DNA from: Eledone cirrhosa
Lineage: Eukaryota
Length of the DNA: 64,000 nt
NCBI GenBank assembly: GCA_964016885.1
Contig: OZ024745.1
Location: 30,628,001 to 30,692,000, forward strand
Direction of reading: 5' to 3'
In this document: positions 51,341 through 64,000 of the stretch, in pieces
Layout of the letters: every line of letters starts with the position of its first letter
Numbering within the stretch: the first letter of the stretch is position 1
Made by a program: the position numbers and the translations under genes
Notes under the pieces: generated by a model
Told to the model about the DNA's origin: nothing
What the model saw: the letters and a program-made list of their open reading frames with translations, nothing else
Database searches by the model: none

Positions 51341-53077
51341 GATAGCAACTAACAGTGCTGCGATCGAATGTGGCTTTTTAGCCCAGCCAATGATCTAAAA
51401 TGTCTTGCACAGAGTCGGCAACCAAAACATTTACTGGGAATAGTCGGCTGTGGTTGGAGTTCGTGTACTTTTGCATGTCGCTTGAGTCCTCCTGCTGATT
51501 TACATTCTCTACCACATGTTTGGCAAGCATGATGAGTAGCATCTCCAACAGCAGCCTGGTAGTCAACCACTGGTCTTACTTTATGACTGCGAAGATGACT
51601 TTCGAGTCCAGCTTTGCTTAGGCAGAGTCTCGCACAGACGCTGCATGTCAGAAACATAGGAGGACCCTCGCCGTCTGGAAGTGCAACAGCAATGCCCTTC
51701 CTCACGTCCCGCTTTACTTTCTCGTGTGCGATTCGAGATGCCTCAAAGGCAACTTTTCCCTCATATACAGTCTTTCTCCATTTATTACGATCAGCAGCAA
51801 TATTTTCCCATGTATCAGCAGAGATGTTAGCGTCTTTCAGAGAGGCTTTCAAGGAATCCTTATACCTCTTTTTTGGTTTATGTGGCGGTCGTTTTCCTTT
51901 AACCAACTCTCCATAGAAGAGTTGTTTTGGTATTCTAGAATCCTTCATCCTGGCAAGGTGACCACTCCAACGGAGTCGCTGCTTAAGCACAAGAGCCTCT
52001 ATACTGTCACACATAGAGCTTTCCAAAATCTCGACATCACTGATGTGGTCCCTCCAGCGAACGCCATGTATCCGTCTGAGACACATCTGATGGAAACGCT
52101 CCAATTGCTTAAGGTGGCGTCGATATGTGACCCAGGTCTCGCAGGCATAAAGAAGACAAGAGAGTACACATGCCCTGTACACCTTTACCTTTGTCCTCCT
52201 GCATATGTCTCGCCGACCCCAGAGTCGCCTTTCTAGCTTTCCGAAAGCATCACTTGCTTTCCTAATCCTAAGTGAGATTTCACCGTCAAGGTTGCCGTAT
52301 CGATTGACAGTGCTTCCCAGGTAGACAAACTGATCAACCACTCCAAGTCGTTTGCCATACACATAGATGTTTGGTTCAGTGTACTGCCCACCAGGTGCAG
52401 GTTGGTACATGACGACGGTTTTCTTGAGACTGACAGTCAAACCCAGGGCAGTGCAAGCGTCAGAAAATACATTCAAAATGTGCTGCATATCACTCTCTGT
52501 GTGCGCTACAAGATCGCAATCATCTGCATACAAGAGGTCTCTTATGACTGATGTAAATACTTTTGTCTTCGCAACAAAGCGCCTGATGTTAAATATGCTG
52601 CCTGAGGTTCGATATCGGATGTAAACACCATGCTCGCAATTCCTGAATGCAATACAGAAAACCATTGCAAAGTATATGGCAAACAGGGTCGGTGCTGGAA
52701 TATCCCCCTGTTTCACTCCATTTTTTACTGAGATAGGCTCCGACATGTTACCTCCGACATTAACCCAAGCCTTCATGTCGTCATGGAAAGACCTAACTAA
52801 AGCAAGGAACTTATCAGGGCAACCAAGTTTCTGGAGAACCTTCCATAATGCATCTCTGTTGACAGTATCGAAAGCCTTTGTCAGATCGACAAAAACCTGA
52901 TACAGATCCAAGCCCTGTTCAATGCACTTCTCCTGGAGCTGTCTAGCTGAGAAGATCATATCAGTAGTGCCGCGTCCAACACGAAAACCAGATTGACTTT
53001 CAGGAAGGACACAATCTGCAATGTGTGTCAGCAGACGGTCCAGAAGCACCCTACATAAAACTTTCCCCACGACAGAA
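50955..53077 (-). mobile_element. RTE-clade LINE with three C-terminal C2H2 fingers, 5'-truncated; 3'UTR interrupted by the Tx1 array
   Basis: Open frame 51349-53070: PESQSGFR, FVDLTKAFDTV, GVKQG, LLYADD, YLGS, YACETW, LRWSGH; fingers CSVC..H..H, CQTC..H..H, CRLC..H..H. Confidence 0.95.
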
Positions 53078-53284
53078 TGGAGATGCTACTCATCATGCTT
53101 GCCAAACATGTGGTAGAGAATGTAAATCAGCAGGAGGACTCAAGCGACATGCAAAAGTACACGAACTCCAACCACAGCCGACTATTCCCAGTAAATGTTT
53201 TGGTTGCCGACTCTGTGCAAGACATTTTAGATCATTGGCTGGGCTAAAAAGCCACATTCGATCGCAGCACTGTTAGTTGCTATC

Positions 53285-53322
<38 letters not shown>

Positions 53323-53401
53323 GCTTATGTGCGTGCGTGTGTGTGTATATATATATGAATATGTATATTATTATTGTTGTTGTCGTTATTATTATTATTG
53401 C

Positions 53402-53447
<46 letters not shown>

Positions 53448-53567
53448 GTTATTAATGTATGTGTGTATATATGTGTGAGTGTATGTGTATGTATGTGTGT
53501 GTGTATATATGTATGTATATGTATGTATGTGTGTGTGTATATATGTGTATATATATATGTATGTATA

Positions 53568-53600
<33 letters not shown>

Positions 53601-53631
53601 CTTTTCCCTTTTTTTTTTTTTTTTTTTTTAA

Positions 53632-53681
<50 letters not shown>

Positions 53682-53749
53682 TTTTTTTTTTTTTTTTTCT
53701 TTTTTTATTGTGCAATGGCCATACTCGATAACGAGGGGGCAGCCATCAT
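53078..53749 (+). mobile_element. Inverted partial copy of the same RTE (last two fingers and complete uninterrupted 3'UTR)
   Basis: Reverse complement of about 50955-51547 joined directly to the reverse complement of 32269-32377. Confidence 0.93.
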
Positions 53750-57235
<3,486 letters not shown>

Positions 57236-57719
57236 ACTTACATCGGCATGACCTCCAACAACTTTAAGACCCGTTGGTATGCCCATACCCACTCCTTCAG
57301 AAGACCGGATAAATCAAATCAGACAACACTCGCCTCCTACGTTTGGGACCTCAAAAGGAACTCCACCCCCTTCACGCTTAATTGGAAAATACTCCAGAAA
57401 GCGCGCTCTTACAACGGAGGACACAAGGGCTGCGACCTTTGTATTTCAGAGAGCTACGAAATTTTATTCGCTAAGGGCCCGCTACTGAACAAACTCTCTG
57501 AACACTGCCCGAACTGCATGCACAAGAACTTTGCAACATTCAAACACTTTAAGCCAGTGTTTAAGCCCGAAGGCTAAAAACGACCTCCCCCTATTGGCCC
57601 CTATACCTCCTCCCCACCCTACCACCACCCCTCCTCAACCTGAAATACGGCCACTATGGTTATGTGAGTACCTCTTTCGTATCTACATTTTCTGCCTGTA
57701 GAGGTGTCTTTATGTGCCT

Positions 57720-57795
57720 GCGTATATGCGTATATTTATTGAGTACCTATTTACTTGTATGTGTATATATTTGTTTGTATATGTGTATATGTGTA

Positions 57796-57880
<85 letters not shown>

Positions 57881-57966
57881 GTTTGTGTGTATATGTGCTT
57901 TATGTGTGTATATTTATGTATGTATATGTATGTATATGTTTGTGTATATGTATGTATATATATATA

Positions 57967-58015
<49 letters not shown>

Positions 58016-58132
58016 GTGTGTATATATGTGTATGTATGTATGTATGTATGTGTATGTATGTATGTATGTTTATGTATGTGTATGTGTGTATGTATGTATG
58101 TGTGTGTATATGTATATATATGTGTATATGTA

Positions 58133-58205
<73 letters not shown>

Positions 58206-58232
58206 GTATGTATGTCTGTATATATGTGTGTA

Positions 58233-58307
<75 letters not shown>

Positions 58308-58311
58308 GTGC

Positions 58312-58387
<76 letters not shown>

Positions 58388-58412
58388 GTATATGGTTGTG
58401 TGGGCAGGTGTG

Positions 58413-58451
<39 letters not shown>

Positions 58452-58507
58452 ATTTGTATGTATATATGTATATGTGTGTATGTGTGTGTGTGTATACGTA
58501 TGTATAT

Positions 58508-58539
<32 letters not shown>

Positions 58540-58574
58540 GTGTGTATATGTATGTATATATATATGTATGTGTA

Positions 58575-58629
<55 letters not shown>

Positions 58630-58632
58630 ATG

Positions 58633-58667
<35 letters not shown>

Positions 58668-58806
58668 GTGTGTGTGTGTATGTGTGTATATATGTGTGTA
58701 TATATATGTGTATATGTATGTGTCTGTGTATGTGTATGTGTGTATGTATGTATATATATGTGTGTATGTGTGTGTATGTGTGTATATATATATATATGTG
58801 TATATG

Positions 58807-58839
<33 letters not shown>

Positions 58840-58960
58840 GTATATATATGTATATATATATATATGTGTATATATATATATATGTGCGTGAGAGAGAGAG
58901 TGTGTATATATATTTTGTGTGTGGGTGTGTGTATGTGTGTATGCGCGTGTGTGTATATAT

Positions 58961-59014
<54 letters not shown>

Positions 59015-59133
59015 GTATGTATATATATATGTATATGTATTTGTGTGTGTATATATGCATTATATGTCTGTATATATATGTGTATATTTATGTATAGGTC
59101 TGTGTATGTATGTGTATGTTTGTATATGTATGG

Positions 59134-59193
<60 letters not shown>

Positions 59194-59340
59194 ATATATA
59201 TATATATATATATGTGTGTATATGTGTGTGTGTATAGATATTTATACATATGTATACTCGTGTTTGTATGTATGCGTGTGAGTGTATTTATTTGTGTATA
59301 TATGTGTGTGTGTGTGTGTGTATGTATGTGTGTGTGTATC

Positions 59341-59373
<33 letters not shown>

Positions 59374-59396
59374 CTGTGTGTGTGTGTGTATGTGTG

Positions 59397-59494
<98 letters not shown>

Positions 59495-59700
59495 TATATG
59501 TATATGTATTATATATGTATGTATGTATGTATGTGTGTATGTATGTGTGTGTACATGAATATATATTTATATATATTTATATATTTTTATATATGTGTGT
59601 GTGTTTTTATGTGTGTATATGTGTTTGTGTGTGTGTTTATGGTTGCGCGTAAGTGTGTGAGTGAGTATGTGTTTTTTTGTTTTTTTGTTTTTTTGTTTTT
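57720..59700. repeat. Mixed (TG)/(TA) degenerate microsatellite
   Basis: Direct inspection. Confidence 0.95.
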
Positions 59701-60169
59701 TTGTGAATGTGTCTGTTGATTTTTGGCATATAGTTGATTAGTTTAAGAGAAGTTCGAAGATAATAGTAAGATATGCACTCAGTATTTTGAATCTGTCTGC
59801 AGAATTCTCTAGACCTTTGTCACTTAGTAGAACCTTAATGACTTTAGCTTTTAAAGAATCTCCCTTCTCTTTAATTCTATCGACCATGACTGACCCCCCA
59901 CTGATTTTATAGACATCTGTTAGCTTAAGAGAAACTTATTGACAAGGAATGGTATGCCATCTGGAACCTGTTTATAGAATTCTGTCTGCCTTTGTTACTC
60001 TAAAAACATAAATAAATATAAATAAAAATAAAAATAAACTATAGCTTTGTAGAATTAGCTTTTAATGAATTCCCTTTTCTATCAACCAATGACCTGCACC
60101 CATCCCACTCCCCACCCTCTCCTACCACTTGTAGAGACCTATAAATAGCATATTTATTTTTTGATACCC

Positions 60170-60220
60170 AGATTCCTGATGATTTCTAATGAATGAAACA
60201 GTTCTAGTCCTGTAGAATCT
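60170..60220 (+). ncRNA. Type I hammerhead ribozyme, canonical core
   Basis: Stem I AGATTC/GAATCT; CTGATGA; weak stem II TTC-TAAT-GAA; GAAA; stem III CAG/CTG; GUA cleavage triplet at 60212-60214. Confidence 0.85.
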
Positions 60221-60303
60221 CATCTATATTAAAACTGTTATACTCTGCTATGTATTGAGTACCTTACTTACTGTGGTTACCTCCGATTCAACCCGGAATA
60301 ACG

Positions 60304-61532
<1,229 letters not shown>

Positions 61533-61584
61533 TACCTTGGGTGAGATTTAATAGTCTAGGGACTATTAAATCTCTCCCAAGGTA
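61533..61584. other. 24-bp-stem hairpin at the edge of a unique island in TA repeats
   Basis: TACCTTGGGTGAGATTTAATAGTC-TAGG-GACTATTAAATCTCTCCCAAGGTA, one mismatch. Confidence 0.85.
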
Positions 61585-62119
61585 ACTCTCTCTTGTGTTG
61601 TTATTTTTATTTTCATCCTTTATACTCTTCCCTTCATTCTACACATCTCACACATCTTATACACACCACGCATCTCAACGTACACCCACTTACATCTCTC
61701 TCTCCACCACCGGACCTTGTTACCCGGAGATTTACCCATTTGCATTGTCGAGGCTTCCAAACGACTTAAATATATTTACTTATTGTTCCACAATGCTTCA
61801 AGCAAACTTCAATACTCTCTTATATATATATACATATATATATACATATATATATATACATATATATATACATATATACATATATATATACATATATATA
61901 TACATATATATATACATATATATACACATATATATACACATATATATACACATATATACACATATATATATACATATATATATACACATATATATACACA
62001 TATATATACATATATATATACATATTTATATACATATATATATACATATATATATACATATATATATACATATATATATACACATATATATACACATATA
62101 TATACACATATATATATAC

Positions 62120-62150
<31 letters not shown>

Positions 62151-62185
62151 AATACACATATATATACATATATATATACATATAT

Positions 62186-62242
62186 ATGATGGCTGGCCCC
62201 TCGTTATCGAGTATGGCCATTGCACGAGAAGAAAAAAAAAAT

Positions 62243-62276
<34 letters not shown>

Positions 62277-62290
62277 AAAAAAAAAAAAGA

Positions 62291-62334
<44 letters not shown>

Positions 62335-62385
62335 CATACATATATACATACACACATACATACACACACACATATACACACACAT

Positions 62386-62421
<36 letters not shown>

Positions 62422-64000
62422 GCAATAATAATAATAACGACAACAACAATAATAATATACATATTCATATATATACACACACACACATAAGCCTATCTAC
62501 ACACACACACACACACGATAGCAACTAACAGTGCTGCGATCGAATGTGGCTTTTTAGCCCAGCCAATGATCTAAAATGTCTTGCACAGAGTCGGCAACCA
62601 AAATATTCACTGGGAATAGTCGGCTGTGGTTGGAGTTTGTGTACTTTTGCATGTCGCTTGAGCCCTCCTGCTGATTTACATTCTCTACCACATGTTTGGC
62701 AAGCATGATGAGTAGCATCTCCAACAGCAGCCTGGTAGTCAACCACTGGTCTTACTTTATGACTGCGAAGATGACTTTCGAGTCCAGCTTTGCTTAGGCA
62801 GAGTCTCGCACAGACGCTGCATGTCAGCACCATAGGAGGACCTTTGCCGTCTGGAAGTGCAACAGCAATGCCCTTCCTCACATCCCGCTTTACTTTCTCG
62901 TGTGCGATTCGAGATGCCTCAAAGGCAATTTTCCCTCATATACAGTCTTTCTCCATTTATTACGATCAGCAGCAATATTTTCCCATGTATCAGCAGAGAT
63001 GTTAGCGTCTTTCAGAGAGGCTTTCAAGGAATCCTTATACCTCTTTTTTGGTTTATGTGGCGGTCGTTTTCCTTTAACCAACTCTCCATAGAAGAGTTGT
63101 TTTGGTATTCTAGAATCCTTCATCCTGGCAAGGTGACCACTCCAACGGAGTCGTTGCTTAAGCACAAGAGCTTCTATACTGTCACACATAGAGCTTTCCA
63201 AAATCTCGACATCACTGATGTGGTCCCTCCAGTGAACGCCATGGATCCGTCTGAGACACATCTGATGGAAACGCTCCAATTGCTTAGGTGGCGTCGATAT
63301 GTGACCCACGTCTCGCAGGCATAAAGAAGACAAGAGAGTACACATGCCCTGTACAACTTTACCTTTGTCCTCCTGCATATGTCTCGCCGACCCCAGAGTC
63401 GCCTTTCTAGCTTTCCAAAAGCATCACTTGCTTTCCTAATCCTAAGTGAGATTTCACTGTCAAGGTTGCCGTATCGATTGACAATGCTTCCCAGGTAGAC
63501 AAACTGATCAACCACTCCAAGTCGTTTGCCATACACATAGATGTTTGGTTCAGTGTACTGCTTACTAGGGGCAGGTTGGTACATGACGACGGTTTTCTTG
63601 AGACTGACAGTCAAACCCAGAGCAGTGCAAGCATCAGAAAATGCATTCAAAATGTGCTGCATATTACTCTCTGTGTGCGCTACAAGATCGCAATCATCTG
63701 CATACAAGAGGTCTCTTATGATTGATGTAAATACTTTTGTCTTCGCAGCAAAGCGCCTGATGTTAAATAAGCTGCCTGAGGTTCGATATCGTATGTAAAC
63801 ACCATGCTCGCAATTCCTGAATGCAATACAGAAAACCATTGCAAAGTATATGGCAAACAGGGTCGGTGCTGGAATATCCCCCCTGTTTCACTCCATTTTT
63901 TACTGAGATAGGCTCCGACATGTTACCTCCGACATTAGCCAAGCCTTCATGTCGTCATGGAAAGACCTAACTAAAGCAAGGAACTTATCAGGGCAACCAA
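62186..64000 (-). mobile_element. Third copy of the C2H2-finger RTE, frameshifted, runs off the right edge
   Basis: High similarity to about 51349-52825 with indels; same microsatellite 3'UTR and terminal stem-loop, no Tx1 insertion. Confidence 0.95.

Noticed and set aside
53025-53276. Stand-alone 83-aa C2H2 zinc-finger gene
   Set aside because: It is the inverted RTE fragment read from a chance start in antisense RT sequence.

Overview
Eukaryotic, gene-free, repeat-saturated window. The SINE types, kb-long (TA)n/(CA)n fields and RTE/Dong/Penelope content resemble an octopus genome (inference). No host gene is supportable. The window holds six minus-strand Tx1/L1-type LINE copies, each bounded by (TAA)n. 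Three of them form a head-to-tail array (6284-bp period, two with intact ORF1+ORF2) nested inside the microsatellite-rich 3'UTR of a C2H2-finger RTE. An inverted partial copy of that RTE and a third copy preserve the empty site. Also present: Dong/R4, CRE, CR1-group and RTE fragments, Penelope-like remnants with two hammerhead ribozymes (one with a U3-A8 core variant), a short RTE derivative with a candidate HDV-like ribozyme, a hAT MITE, tRNA-SINEs and 60-, 46- and 48-bp minisatellites. Almost all IY/YI/HT-rich ORFs in the track are microsatellite artefacts. All alignments and folds were done by eye.
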